From assembly GCA_038330285.1 (NCBI GenBank), contig JBBQNU010000001.1:1-58648 (forward strand): a stretch of DNA of 58,648 nucleotides. Direction: 5' to 3'. Numbering within the stretch: the stretch's first letter is position 1; every line of letters starts with the position of its first letter. This document shows, one piece after another, positions 19,250 to 30,902 of this stretch. The DNA is from Hyphomicrobiales bacterium. Lineage in GTDB: Bacteria > Pseudomonadota > Alphaproteobacteria > Rhizobiales > Aestuariivirgaceae. The notes under the pieces are model-generated. The model was not told the DNA's origin. It did no database searches and saw nothing but the letters and a program-made list of their open reading frames with translations. The position numbers were made by a program, and so were the translations under genes.

Positions 19250-19888
19250 CTACTGGCCTTCCAGCTTGCTCGCCGCGATCACCGCCTGGGTGCGGCTGGC
19301 CACGCCGAGCTTCAGCAGGATGGCCGACACATGGGCTTTCACCGTTGCCTCTGAAACATGGAGCGCGTGGGCGATCTGCTTGTTGAGGAGTCCTTCCTTC
19401 AGCATCATCAGCACCCGGATTTGCTGCGCCGTGAGCGAGGCCACGCGCCGCGCGATGTCGGCCGTTTCTGGATCGGCGGGCAACTCCTGCTGGGTCCATG
19501 GCGGCGTCCAGACCCCGCCGGCGAGGACGGTTTCCACCGCTTCGATGATTGTCGCCGTCCCCGATGATTTCGGAATGAACCCGGAAGCCCCGAGATCAAG
19601 CGACTTCTGCACAATGCCCGCCTCTTCGCTGGCCGAGACGATGACCACGGGGATATTGGGATATTGCGAGCGGAGATAGATCAGGCCCGAAAGCCCTTGC
19701 ACCCCCGGCATGCGCAAATCGAGCAGGACCAGATCACAGGCATCGTCCTTGGCGAGATGGGCAATCAAGGTGTCGAGCGAGCCGGCCTCGGAAATATCGA
19801 GCCGGGATTTTACCGTGCCCAAGGCATTGCGCAGGGCCTCGCGGAACAGGGGATGATCGTCGACGATCAAGATCCGCGCCTCGGCCAT
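19250..19888 (-). CDS. NarL/LuxR-family response regulator (CrbR/PrlR/ErdR type), likely cognate of 12359..15874
   Basis: DDHPLFREAL, LLDLRMPG..G.SGL, GASGFIPKS and GLLNKQIA..L..SEATVKAHVSAIL.KL..SRTQAVI; GGGGAG RBS. Confidence 0.9.
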   Translation of the reverse strand: MAEARILIVDDHPLFREALRNALGTVKSRLDISEAGSLDTLIAHLAKDDACDLVLLDLRMPGVQGLSGLIYLRSQYPNIPVVIVSASEEAGIVQKSLDLGASGFIPKSSGTATIIEAVETVLAGGVWTPPWTQQELPADPETADIARRVASLTAQQIRVLMMLKEGLLNKQIAHALHVSEATVKAHVSAILLKLGVASRTQAVIAASKLEGQ

Positions 19889-20052
19889 CGCTGCTCCCCG
19901 TTGCCCCATTTGCAGGCGATGCTAGTCCAGTTACGGCACCTTGTCCAAGGCACCGGGCAGGGGCGGAATTTCGCATACCGCAACGCCTTGCTTTATGCTG
20001 CCGGGTGGTGTGATCTTGATGCTGCCCTCCCTCGAATTTAGAGTTTGAGACA

Positions 20053-20886
20053 ATGAAACACGTTGAGCTTGCTGGCGGTGAAAAAGTCCCGTCTTTGGGC
20101 CTTGGAACCTGGAAGATGGGCGTTGGAGGCGCCGACGAAGCGGCCCAGCTCCGCGCGCTGCAAACCGGCATCGCCCAGGGCATGACCTTGATCGACACCG
20201 CCGAAATGTATGGCGATGGCCGGGCGGAGCAACTGGTCGCCAAGGCAATTTCCGGGCAGCGCGGCAAGATTTTTCTCGTGTCAAAAGTGCTGCCGCAGAA
20301 CGCCAGCAGGCAGGGCACGGTCAAGGCATGTGAGGCCAGCCTCAGGCGGCTCAACACCGACGTTCTCGATCTTTATCTGCTGCACTGGCGCGGTTCGCAT
20401 CGTCTGGCCGATACCTTCGCGGCGTTTGAAGCGTTAAAGGCCGCAGGCAAGATCAGGCATTACGGCGTCAGCAATTTCGATGTTGATGATCTGGAGGACT
20501 TGGACGCCGAAGTTCCAGGCAATGCCTGCGCCGCCAATCAGGTGATGTACAATCTGTCCGGCCGCGGCATTGAATGGGATCTCTATCCCCGATGCCGCAA
20601 GGAGAAGATGGCCGTCATGGCTTACTGCCCTTTGGGTCAGGGCAGTCTGATCAACAATCCCGGACTTGCACCGATTGCCAAAAAGCACAATGTTTCAAGC
20701 GCGGCAATTGCTCTCGCTTTTACCGTGAGGTTGCCGGACATGATCTCAATCCCCAAGAGCAGCCACGAGAAACGCATACTGGAAAACGCGGCTGCGGCCG
20801 GTCTCGTGCTCGATGCGGAAGACCTCAAGAGTCTGGACCGGATTTTTCCGCCGCCCCGTGGAAAACTTCCGCTTGCAATGACCTAA
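20053..20886 (+). CDS. Aldo/keto reductase (YeaE-like)
   Basis: GLGTW, IDTAEMYG, LYLLHW, GVSNF and IPKS motifs. Confidence 0.92.
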   Translation: MKHVELAGGEKVPSLGLGTWKMGVGGADEAAQLRALQTGIAQGMTLIDTAEMYGDGRAEQLVAKAISGQRGKIFLVSKVLPQNASRQGTVKACEASLRRLNTDVLDLYLLHWRGSHRLADTFAAFEALKAAGKIRHYGVSNFDVDDLEDLDAEVPGNACAANQVMYNLSGRGIEWDLYPRCRKEKMAVMAYCPLGQGSLINNPGLAPIAKKHNVSSAAIALAFTVRLPDMISIPKSSHEKRILENAAAAGLVLDAEDLKSLDRIFPPPRGKLPLAMT

Positions 20887-20889
20887 GCA

Positions 20890-21078
20890 TCAATTCGCCT
20901 CATCATCATCCGATGTTTCCTCGTTCTCAACGGCAGGGATGGCATAGTTTCCCCCCAGCCAGCGGTTGAGGTCGATCTGTGAGCAGCGCGCTGAACAGAA
21001 GGGATGGAATTTCTGCACGGAGGGCTTGCCGCAAATGGCGCAGGGCCGGCGTGGCTTAAGGCGGACCGGCTCGGCCAT
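20890..21078 (-). CDS. yacG: DNA gyrase inhibitor YacG
   Basis: CAIC...PFCSARC..IDL.RWL. Confidence 0.93.
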   Translation of the reverse strand: MAEPVRLKPRRPCAICGKPSVQKFHPFCSARCSQIDLNRWLGGNYAIPAVENEETSDDDEAN

Positions 21079-21716
21079 CAGACACTCGCGGAAGCAGTCG
21101 TCATCCAGGTATGAAGCACCGGATAGCCCGCACCTTCCAGCAAATGCACGGTTTCATAGAGCGGAAGCCCCATCACGCCCGAATAGGAACCCGTGAGCTG
21201 GCGCACGAAGGCTTCAGCCCGGCCCTGGATGGCATAGCCGCCCGCCTTGCCGCGCCATTCATCGGACTTGAGATAGCTTTCGATGTCTTCCCGCGAAAGC
21301 CGCTTGAGCCTGACTTTTGTTTCGCAGCAGCGTGTGGTTTTCTGCCCATTGGGGGCAATGATGCAGACCGTGGAATAAACCCAGTGCGAGCGGCCCGAGA
21401 GGAGGGTCAGGCAGCCATAGGCATCCTTGCGGGTTTCGGCCTTCGGCAAGATGCGGCGCCCCAGCCCAACGACCGTGTCGGCCGCAAGGATGAACACGCC
21501 TGAGCCCAGCGCCTGCACCTGCGGCGCATGGATGGCGGCCTTGGCCTTTTCTTCGGCCAGCCGGATCGAAAGCCGGCGCGGCGTTTCGCGGCGCTTTGGC
21601 GTTTCATCGATATCGGTGGGATTGAGCAGGTCGGGCGCCAGGCCCATGCGCTCCAGAAGCATCAAACGCCGCGGCGACGCGCTGGCCAGGACAAGCTTAA
21701 CGCGGGTATCAGCCAT
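21078..21716 (-). CDS. maf: Maf family nucleoside triphosphate pyrophosphatase
   Basis: [25 protein letters not shown] and V.GLP motifs. Confidence 0.93.
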   Translation of the reverse strand: MADTRVKLVLASASPRRLMLLERMGLAPDLLNPTDIDETPKRRETPRRLSIRLAEEKAKAAIHAPQVQALGSGVFILAADTVVGLGRRILPKAETRKDAYGCLTLLSGRSHWVYSTVCIIAPNGQKTTRCCETKVRLKRLSREDIESYLKSDEWRGKAGGYAIQGRAEAFVRQLTGSYSGVMGLPLYETVHLLEGAGYPVLHTWMTTASASV

Positions 21717-21722
21717 AAGGAC

Positions 21723-21944
21723 TTACTTGAAACGGTAGTTGATGCGGCCCTTGGTCAAGTCATAGGGCGTCATTTCAACCATCACGCGGTCGCCAGCGAG
21801 AACCCGGATACGGTTCTTGCGCATCTTGCCCGCCGTGTGGGCAATAATTTCATGATTGTTATTGTCGAGCAGCACGCGAAACGTCGCGTTGGGCAAAAGC
21901 TCCGACACCGTGCCCTCAAATTCCAATAGTTCTTCTTTCGCCAT
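21723..21944 (-). CDS. infA: Translation initiation factor IF-1
   Basis: MAKEE...LPNATFRV...[28 protein letters not shown]. Confidence 0.98.
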   Translation of the reverse strand: MAKEELLEFEGTVSELLPNATFRVLLDNNNHEIIAHTAGKMRKNRIRVLAGDRVMVEMTPYDLTKGRINYRFK

Positions 21945-22029
21945 GAATCTTTCCGGTTGTTAAAGGAAGCGGCGCGATAAATGGACCTCTTGGCCGCCAA
22001 ATGCAAGAGATTGCGGAAAAACCCTTGTT

Positions 22030-22482
22030 TTACACGCCCCTAGCTCCCTGCGCCCCGAACCTTGCCCGGATCCGTTTTTCCAGCCCGTCGCGCACCGCCC
22101 TATAGCTGTCGAGAATCTGTTCGCGGCTGCCCGCCGTGGCGGAAGGGTCCATGGTCGGCCAGTATTCGGTATCTATGGCCATGGTGCGGGTGAGTTCCAG
22201 GGCCCAGTGATGGGCCTCCGGTGACAGCGAGATGGCGAGATCGAAACTGGAGTCTTCGAGATCGGCAAAAGTGTGTGGGCGGTGCTTGCCAAGTTCAATG
22301 CCGATTTCATCGAGGACAGTTGCTATAAATGGATCGGACTCTCCGGGCTTGACGCCTGCCGAGGCCACATAAACCTTGTGCCCGTACAGATGCTTCATGA
22401 TGGCCGCCGCCATCGGCGAGCGGATGACATTTTGCGTGCAGGCAAAAAGCACGGCATTTGGCAGGTCCCCCGGCACCGGCAA
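22030..22482 (-). CDS. Low molecular weight phosphatase family protein (ArsC-like)
   Basis: CTQNVIRS P-loop, SAG, W...DP; conserved position upstream of infA. Confidence 0.88.
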   Translation of the reverse strand: MPVPGDLPNAVLFACTQNVIRSPMAAAIMKHLYGHKVYVASAGVKPGESDPFIATVLDEIGIELGKHRPHTFADLEDSSFDLAISLSPEAHHWALELTRTMAIDTEYWPTMDPSATAGSREQILDSYRAVRDGLEKRIRARFGAQGARGV

Positions 22483-22485
22483 TTC

Positions 22486-22965
22486 CTATCCGCGCCAGTG
22501 CAGGACACAGACCAGCGTGAACAGCCGCCGTGCCGTGTCAAAATCAATGTCGACCTTGCCGTTGAGCCTTTCCTTGAGAATTTCGCTGCCTTCATTGTGC
22601 AGGCCGCGCCGCGCCATGTCGATGGTTTCAATCTGGGAGGGCGTGGATTGCCGGATGGCCTGGTAATAGCTTTCGCAAATCTGGAAATAGTCTTTGACGA
22701 TGACGCGGAACGGCGACATGGACAGCCCGATGATCGCCAGCTTTTCCTCGCGCTCGTCATAAATATCGAACAGCAGGCGCCCGTCCTGGGTTGAAAGCTG
22801 CAGGCGGTAAGGCCCTTCCTTGCCGTTCAGCAGGCCGAAGGAGTTTTCTTCCAGAAGGTCATAAATGGCAACGCGCCGCTCATGCTCGGCCTCCGGCGAA
22901 GGGCCGGGGCCAATGCTGGCATCGAGATCGACAGCAATGAGGCGGTTTTTCTTGGAACTTGTCAT
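22486..22965 (-). CDS. UPF0262 family protein
   Basis: [36 protein letters not shown] and DTARRLFTL motifs. Confidence 0.92.
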   Translation of the reverse strand: MTSSKKNRLIAVDLDASIGPGPSPEAEHERRVAIYDLLEENSFGLLNGKEGPYRLQLSTQDGRLLFDIYDEREEKLAIIGLSMSPFRVIVKDYFQICESYYQAIRQSTPSQIETIDMARRGLHNEGSEILKERLNGKVDIDFDTARRLFTLVCVLHWRG

Positions 22966-22998
22966 GAAACGAGATTAGACGGAAAGCCCGCAAGGGCG

Positions 22999-23415
22999 CT
23001 AGTCACCGTGATGGGGCGTGAGATCGGTGGCCCAGGCTCCGCCAAGGTCTTTGAGCTGCAGATCAAGATATTCAACATTGAGCCTGATGGTGCAGTTCGC
23101 TGAAAACGTGAGAACCACGGTTCCCGAGGGCTCCGGGCCGGGTTCAAAGGAAATTGCCAGAAGCGATAGAACCGCGTCTTTCGACTGGGCCACAATGCCA
23201 TGCTGCTTAACGCTGAGGACGTGTTCGAAATGCAGGCCGGCGCGGCGGCGTTCGGATTTAGGCTGCTGCTCCCAGGCAAAGCGGTTGGCCACAAAGGCAA
23301 ACTGGCGCGATTTGGCCAGATAGCGGATGTCGGCAAGCCGCACCAAGGCATCCTGCATGTGGGCAGAGATGACCTTCAAATCCTCCGTGTCTTTCGCCGT
23401 TAGTCTCAGCACCAA
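22999..23415 (-). CDS. DUF2948 family protein
   Basis: L.A.D.EDL.VISAHMQDA, NRFAWE and L.DLG..W motifs; directly after murA. Confidence 0.9.
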   Translation of the reverse strand: MVLRLTAKDTEDLKVISAHMQDALVRLADIRYLAKSRQFAFVANRFAWEQQPKSERRRAGLHFEHVLSVKQHGIVAQSKDAVLSLLAISFEPGPEPSGTVVLTFSANCTIRLNVEYLDLQLKDLGGAWATDLTPHHGD

Positions 23416-24708
23416 TCAGTTTCCCGCAAGCCTTTCGACATCGGCGCCGCAGGCCTGCAGCTTCTCTTCCAGCGCTTCAAAGCCGCGGTCCAGATGGTAG
23501 ACGCGGTGGATCATCGTGTCGCCTTCCGCCACAAGGCCGGCGATCACCAGCGAAACCGAGGCGCGCAAATCCGTGGCCATCACATCGGCACCGGTAAGCT
23601 TTTGCACGCCGCGCACTTCCGCCGTGTCGCCATGCAGGTGAATGTCAGCGCCCAGCCGTGCCAGTTCCTGCACATGCATGAAGCGGTTTTCAAAAATCGT
23701 CTCGCGGATCATGGCGGTGCCCTTGGCCTTGGTCATCAGCGCCATGAGCTGCGCCTGAAGATCGGTCGGGAAACCGGGATAGGGATCGGTGTCGACATCA
23801 ACCGGTTCAATGCCCTGGCCATTGCGGGCGATGCGCAGCCCCTCGTTGCTGCGCTGGACGGAAACCCCGGCGCGCGTCAGAACATCGATCATCGATTCAA
23901 GATTGTCGGCCTTGGCACCCTTCAAAAGGACATTGCCTCCGGTCATCGCGGCGGCCATGGCATAGGTGCCGGTTTCGATGCGGTCGGCAATCACTTCATG
24001 CTCGGCCCCATGCAGGCTGGTGACCCCGCTGATTTTCAGCGTCGATGAGTGGATGCCTTCGATTTTGGCGCCCATCTTCACCAGGCATTCTGCCACGTCG
24101 CCAATTTCCGGCTCCTGGGCGGCATTCTCGATGATGGTGTCGCCCTTCGCCAGAACCGCCGCCATCAGGGCCGCATGGGTGGCGCCAACGGTGACTTTCG
24201 GGAAATTGATGTGAGCCCCCTTCAGCCCGTTCCTGGCCTTGGCAATCACATAGCCCGCTTCAATCTCGACTTCCACGCCGAGCTTTTCCATGGCCATGAT
24301 GTGGAGGTCAACCGGCCGCGTGCCGATGGCGCACCCGCCGGGCAGCGAAACCTTGGCTTCGCCGCAGCGCGCCAGAAGGGGGCCGAGCACCCAGAAGCTG
24401 GCCCGCATTTTGGAAACCAGGTCGTAAGGGGCCGTGGTGTCGACTATGTTCTTGGCCGAAATGCGCAGGGTTTCACCGGCTGTGGCGCTCTGCCCCGGGC
24501 GCTTGCCCGAAACCGTGATGTCAACCCCGTGGTTTTGCAGGATGCGCTGCAGGCGGAGCGCGTCCACCAGGCGCGGAACATTGCGCAGCGTCAGCGTTTC
24601 GGGGGTGAGCAGCGCCGCGATCATCAGGGGCAGGGCGGCGTTTTTGGCACCCGAGATATTGATGGTGCCGTTCAGTTTGTTGCCGCCGCGAATACGGATC
24701 CGATCCAT
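23416..24708 (-). CDS. murA: UDP-N-acetylglucosamine 1-carboxyvinyltransferase
   Basis: [34 protein letters not shown] and DLRA motifs. Confidence 0.98.
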   Translation of the reverse strand: MDRIRIRGGNKLNGTINISGAKNAALPLMIAALLTPETLTLRNVPRLVDALRLQRILQNHGVDITVSGKRPGQSATAGETLRISAKNIVDTTAPYDLVSKMRASFWVLGPLLARCGEAKVSLPGGCAIGTRPVDLHIMAMEKLGVEVEIEAGYVIAKARNGLKGAHINFPKVTVGATHAALMAAVLAKGDTIIENAAQEPEIGDVAECLVKMGAKIEGIHSSTLKISGVTSLHGAEHEVIADRIETGTYAMAAAMTGGNVLLKGAKADNLESMIDVLTRAGVSVQRSNEGLRIARNGQGIEPVDVDTDPYPGFPTDLQAQLMALMTKAKGTAMIRETIFENRFMHVQELARLGADIHLHGDTAEVRGVQKLTGADVMATDLRASVSLVIAGLVAEGDTMIHRVYHLDRGFEALEEKLQACGADVERLAGN

Positions 24709-24801
24709 TCAACACGTTCCCTTCAAAAGAATCAGCAAAGCCGTCCCCGAAGGCCGCCGAAACGCCGTTAACAAGCATAGATGGCACCTTTGGGGCAAGG
24801 C

Positions 24802-24945
24802 TTAATCCGCGGCCTTCTTTTCGGCCTTTGCAAGGGTCTTTTTGAGCCTGGCGAGGGATTTTCGCTTCAGGAGGTTAATCCGCAAAGCCTCCGCCAGCCG
24901 CTTGGTTTCGGCGGTGGAGCGCGGGGTTCGGGGTTTGTTGGCCAT
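24802..24945 (-). CDS. Small basic protein upstream of murA
   Basis: RLAEALR.NL.KRK motif, which I recall in small alphaproteobacterial proteins at this position. Start set to ATG 24945 to avoid the tRNA. Confidence 0.6.
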   Translation of the reverse strand: MANKPRTPRSTAETKRLAEALRINLLKRKSLARLKKTLAKAEKKAAD

Positions 24946-25034
24946 GGCCAAAAGATGGAAAAACTCCTGGATTCTGTCAAGCCATGAGGGTTGCGAAAGG
25001 CCAAGGCCTGTGGCATGTCTCCCCATTATGGTGC

Positions 25035-25109
25035 GCTGCTGTAGCTCAGTGGTAGAGCACTCCATTGGTAATGGAGAGGTCGACAGTTCAATCCTGTCTA
25101 GCAGCACCA
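25035..25109 (+). tRNA. tRNA-Thr(GGT)
   Basis: GCTGCTG/TAGCAGC acceptor stem, CTCCA-TTGGTAA-TGGAG anticodon arm, GTTCAAT T-loop, encoded CCA. Confidence 0.97.
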
Positions 25110-25191
25110 TTCTTTTTCAATTATTTTTAGCAAACCACTGAACCTGAAGCTCCTTTTACAGCCCGAGTGGCACACACTTTGTCAGCGGCGC

Positions 25192-25842
25192 CTAGTAAAG
25201 TGTCTTCTTGTATTCATCTTCGAGTCCCTCATCCATTCTGCGCATCTCATCGCTGTCGCTGGGCGCGCCAGTTGTCTGATCCAGAATGATCTTTAAAAGC
25301 GACGGCATCTCGCTGCGGTTTTGAAAATATTCTGGGTCCCACAAATGAGAGCGCCGGAATGCCTTGGCGCAATGCATGAAAACCTCGCTCACTTTGACCA
25401 CGATCGCGAGCGTGGGGACGCGATCATTCACACTCATGCTCTGGAGGATTTCAGGGTCATTCACCAGGCTGGCCTGCCCGCTCACGCGCAATGTATCGTC
25501 AAACCCCGGAATGATGAACAATAGTCCAACGCTGGGGTTGGCGAGAATGTTAACCAGCGTGTCGAGACGGTTATTGCCGGGCCGGTCCGGTATCGCCAGC
25601 GTGTGTTGATCAAGAATTTTGACAAAGCCGACAGGGTCACCGCGAGGGCTGACATCAGCTTTTCCATCCGGATTCTGGGTACCGATGCATAGGAATGGCG
25701 AACGCCTGATAAAGTCTTGCGCATGCTTGTCGAGTGAGCCCTGACACTTCAAGGCTGCCAGAGCATGTGTCGCCTGAAACAGGCTTCGAAGCGATTGTTC
25801 ATCCGTTATGGCGAATTCTGGATTGACCTTGAATTCCTTCAT
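25192..25842 (-). CDS. Pyridoxamine 5'-phosphate oxidase-like FMN-binding protein (MSMEG_1061 type)
   Basis: DVSPRGD..GFV, IPDRPGNNR.D, LLF.IPG...TLRV.G and HCAKA..RS.LW motifs. Confidence 0.9.
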   Translation of the reverse strand: MKEFKVNPEFAITDEQSLRSLFQATHALAALKCQGSLDKHAQDFIRRSPFLCIGTQNPDGKADVSPRGDPVGFVKILDQHTLAIPDRPGNNRLDTLVNILANPSVGLLFIIPGFDDTLRVSGQASLVNDPEILQSMSVNDRVPTLAIVVKVSEVFMHCAKAFRRSHLWDPEYFQNRSEMPSLLKIILDQTTGAPSDSDEMRRMDEGLEDEYKKTLY

Positions 25843-25923
25843 TCTATTGCCTTTCTAAGTTCTCTCTTTTGTTTAATCATCCGGCATCTGAATGTGCACA
25901 GTTTTAGAACCAATGAGTGGCTG

Positions 25924-25949
25924 AGTTCAATTCTGCTTGGCAGTATCAT
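25924..25949 (+). repeat. Degenerate direct repeat of the tRNA-Thr 3' end (att remnant)
   Basis: AGTTCAATTCTGCTTGGCAGTATCAT versus 25085..25110 AGTTCAATCCTGTCTAGCAGCACCAT: 20/26 identical, all differences transitions. Confidence 0.6.
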
Positions 25950-25952
25950 CCC

Positions 25953-26519
25953 TTAATCCGGCAAATCCGTTTCCCCCAGATATCCCTGAACCAGACGCTG
26001 CCGCGCGCGGTAGTCCTCTGGCGGCTCAAAGCGCCCCGCCCAAATCCCCCGCTTGGCGCGCCGCGCCTCGGCCTCCAAGCGCACATAGGACAGGCTGTGG
26101 CGGGAATAGGCAACGGCCCAGCCCAGCCGCACCATTTCTCCGTTGATCTCAAGATTGCCAATCCGGCAAAGCGCAACGGCCCGGCCATAGCGGTCCGTTT
26201 CGATGGAGGTGCAGGACACCTCGCCCTCCCGCACCAGGCTCCGCAATGCATTTGCCGCCTGCTTGCCGCAAGGGTATTCGGTCCCGTGCTTGTTCCGGCA
26301 GGTCTGCCGGTATTCCGGCGCGTCAATGCCATGCAGGCGGATATCCGTGCCGCCCCGGCGCAGCGAATCGCCATCAACCACCTGAAGCGATCCCACGCCC
26401 AGATCGATCATGCCGAAGTATTTCATGGCAGCCAGCACAAGGGTGAGGACAATGAGGAAGAAGGCCGCATCAAGGGCGCTGCGGTAGAACGGGCGCGGCC
26501 GCCGCCAGTAGCGGCTCAC
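25953..26519 (-). CDS. Thermonuclease (SNase) family protein with N-terminal TM
   Basis: VVDGDS, IRLHGIDAPE, DRYGR and A+..KRGIW motifs; GTG start overlaps the moaE stop. Confidence 0.92.
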   Translation of the reverse strand: MSRYWRRPRPFYRSALDAAFFLIVLTLVLAAMKYFGMIDLGVGSLQVVDGDSLRRGGTDIRLHGIDAPEYRQTCRNKHGTEYPCGKQAANALRSLVREGEVSCTSIETDRYGRAVALCRIGNLEINGEMVRLGWAVAYSRHSLSYVRLEAEARRAKRGIWAGRFEPPEDYRARQRLVQGYLGETDLPD

Positions 26520-26974
26520 GAAGGTGTCTTGTCCCAGCGCGTAGCGCTTTCATCGTCGGATGATTTCGCCGCAACCCAAGTGTCGCCTTGCGCCCCGCTC
26601 TCCAGTTTCCAGAAGGGTGCCTTGGTCTTGAGCCAGTCGATCAGGAAATGGCAGGCTTCGAAGGCCGCCTCCCGGTGGCTCGATGTGGCGATGACCAGAA
26701 CAATGTCATCGCCCGGCAGGAGCTTGTCGTAGCGATGGACAATGAGCGTATCGAGCAGCGGCCAGCGCCGGTGCGCTTCCGCGTCAATTTCTTCGAGCGC
26801 CTTCTCCGTCATGCCGGGATAATGCTCAAGGGTCATGGCGGAAACCGCGGCACCATCGCTCATCTCGCGCATGGTACCAACAAAAACTACGCTGCCGCCA
26901 ATATCCGTCCGGCCCTGCTTGAGCCTGGCAAGTTCGGCGGCGGTATCGAAGGCCTCGGCCTGGACGCGGATCAT
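26516..26974 (-). CDS. moaE: Molybdopterin synthase catalytic subunit
   Basis: IRVQ..FD, LEHYPGM, HR..AF and LKT.APFWK.E motifs. Confidence 0.95.
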   Translation of the reverse strand: MIRVQAEAFDTAAELARLKQGRTDIGGSVVFVGTMREMSDGAAVSAMTLEHYPGMTEKALEEIDAEAHRRWPLLDTLIVHRYDKLLPGDDIVLVIATSSHREAAFEACHFLIDWLKTKAPFWKLESGAQGDTWVAAKSSDDESATRWDKTPS

Positions 26975-27005
26975 GGGGCGATAATGCTCTTGGGCGCGGC
27001 GGACA

Positions 27006-28889
27006 TCAATTGCCGAACAGGTCTTTGAAAAGTTTCTTGCCGGTCTTGCCGATTTCCTTGAAGGTTTTTTCGGAAACCCCGAGGTCGCGCAAGGTATTGT
27101 AGGCGGCCTCCGGATCGTCAAAAATCCCTTCCACGTCGGGATATATCTTGGGCGCCTGCCATGGCCCCTTCACCGCGACCTGAACCGGAAGGCCTGTGGT
27201 TTCGTTGCTACCGGTCACCAGCTTGGGATCGAATTTGAAATCCAGCGCCCGGCGCAGCATGTCGACCTCGCCGCCTCCGGTGACCGCAAAGGCCGGGCCC
27301 GAAACCTGAACATCGTTGGTTTTGGCGATGCCATCGCTGATCACAAAGGAAGCCTGTGCCGTATCAAACGACGTGAGGTTTTCCGGCCCTTCGCCCCAGC
27401 CATCGCTCAACGCCGTGTTCAATTTTGAAACCATGTCGACAATGTTGAGGCCGGTGATTTCGCCATCCGAAACATCAATGCTGAATTTGCCGGCCAAGGT
27501 GGACATCATTTCCCGCTGGTTGTGCCCCGAGGCAGTCAATGACGCCCGCAGCCCGGTGTTTCCGGCCAGCCAGCCCACCCCGGAAAATTCGCTGAGAAAA
27601 GTTTCTCCCTTGATTCCCTGGGCATCAAGAACCAATTGCAGGGCCGGCAAGTCCTGTGTGCCATCAAGCGTGATTTTCGCCGTGGCCTTGCCGCCGTAGA
27701 GAGTGGCATCCTGAACAGAGGTTTCCAATTTCCCATCTTTCAATGTGCCGGACAGTTCAGCAGGGCCAATTTCAGCGCCGTTCCATTTGACCTGAAAGGC
27801 CGAGAGCTTCAGGCTGCCGTCAATGCCCTTGAGCCTGTCAAACGCGACGGGTGATGTGTCCCAGCCCGCGCCTTCCTTGCTTGTGCTCATGATGCTGGCT
27901 TTCTTGACCGGGAGATAGGGATCAAGCGAGAAAACATCTGTTGAAAGCGCAGCACTGACATGTGGCGTTTTTTCTGTGAGATCAAGCCTCATGTCGCCCG
28001 TCGCAACCATGCCGTCCAGGGCAACGCTGGCCTTGGCCAGGTTGAAAACCGCGCCCTTTGAATCCAGGGCCCCGGCCAGTGAAAAATTCTTGAGCCCGGC
28101 ATTCCCGGTGATCGCCGAGCCCAGCCATTTTGCCAGGTGGCGGAGATCGGGCGAGGTGGCGTCAATTGCGCCGGCAAGATTGAGCCCGTCATGCGTTGCC
28201 AGCCTGCCGGTGAAATTCACCGTGAGCGCCGGGGCGGTGATCGTAAGGTCGAGCGGCGAGCCATCCTCGCCCAGCCGCTTCACGGATTTCACCTGCGCTT
28301 CGATCCGGGCAAACTGCTTGTTGAGCGAGGCCGTCCCTTCAACCCCAAGCTCGCCCTCATCACTGAGGGCAATATTCGCCGAGGCATCCTCAAGCGAGAA
28401 GGCTTGCCCGTTGCGCTCGTCAAGGAAACTGGCCGAACCATTCTCCACCAGCAATGTCAGGGGCTCCTTGGGGCTGGCGCTGTTGCCGGGCTTTCCCTGC
28501 CCGCCATTCCCCGCGCTCACCCAGCTGCTGTGGCCGTCCCGGTCGACCAGAAAACTGAAAACCGGCTGGTCAAGCGCAATGCTTCTGATCTTGAGCTTGC
28601 GCTGGAAGAGATCGCCGAGTTGCAGGGGCAAGTGCGCGCTTGCCGCCCGGGCAAAATTGCCCGTCATGCCCTCCGGGTTGGACAGGAAAACATCATCAAG
28701 GCGCACCCTGAGCTGGGGAGCGAACTCCAACCTGGCCCCGCCATTGACCAGAAGGGTGCGGCCCGTTTTGCGCATGACATAGTCCTGCAGCGCGGTGACG
28801 GCGAACCCTGGCTGGATAAAGGCCCAGGCCCCAGCGGCAAAAAGCCCGAGGACAATGGCCACACCAATCCAGACAAGTCGCTTTTTCAT
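27006..28889 (-). CDS. AsmA family protein
   Basis: N-terminal anchor, TGR.L.V.G, LSNPEG, LYGG, G.VD...LD and V.GPW..P motifs. Confidence 0.88.
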   Translation of the reverse strand: MKKRLVWIGVAIVLGLFAAGAWAFIQPGFAVTALQDYVMRKTGRTLLVNGGARLEFAPQLRVRLDDVFLSNPEGMTGNFARAASAHLPLQLGDLFQRKLKIRSIALDQPVFSFLVDRDGHSSWVSAGNGGQGKPGNSASPKEPLTLLVENGSASFLDERNGQAFSLEDASANIALSDEGELGVEGTASLNKQFARIEAQVKSVKRLGEDGSPLDLTITAPALTVNFTGRLATHDGLNLAGAIDATSPDLRHLAKWLGSAITGNAGLKNFSLAGALDSKGAVFNLAKASVALDGMVATGDMRLDLTEKTPHVSAALSTDVFSLDPYLPVKKASIMSTSKEGAGWDTSPVAFDRLKGIDGSLKLSAFQVKWNGAEIGPAELSGTLKDGKLETSVQDATLYGGKATAKITLDGTQDLPALQLVLDAQGIKGETFLSEFSGVGWLAGNTGLRASLTASGHNQREMMSTLAGKFSIDVSDGEITGLNIVDMVSKLNTALSDGWGEGPENLTSFDTAQASFVISDGIAKTNDVQVSGPAFAVTGGGEVDMLRRALDFKFDPKLVTGSNETTGLPVQVAVKGPWQAPKIYPDVEGIFDDPEAAYNTLRDLGVSEKTFKEIGKTGKKLFKDLFGN

Positions 28890-28946
28890 CCTTCCACCTT
28901 TCGAAGCGGGATATATTATGAACCAAATTCCAAGCGGAGATAAGTA

Positions 28947-30894
<1,948 letters not shown>

Positions 30895-30902
<8 letters not shown>

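Noticed and set aside
24946-25141. ORFs spanning tRNA-Thr
   Set aside because: Spurious frames across a tRNA gene.
26975-27121. N-terminal extension of MoaE
   Set aside because: Overlaps asmA; similarity to MoaE starts at MIRVQ.
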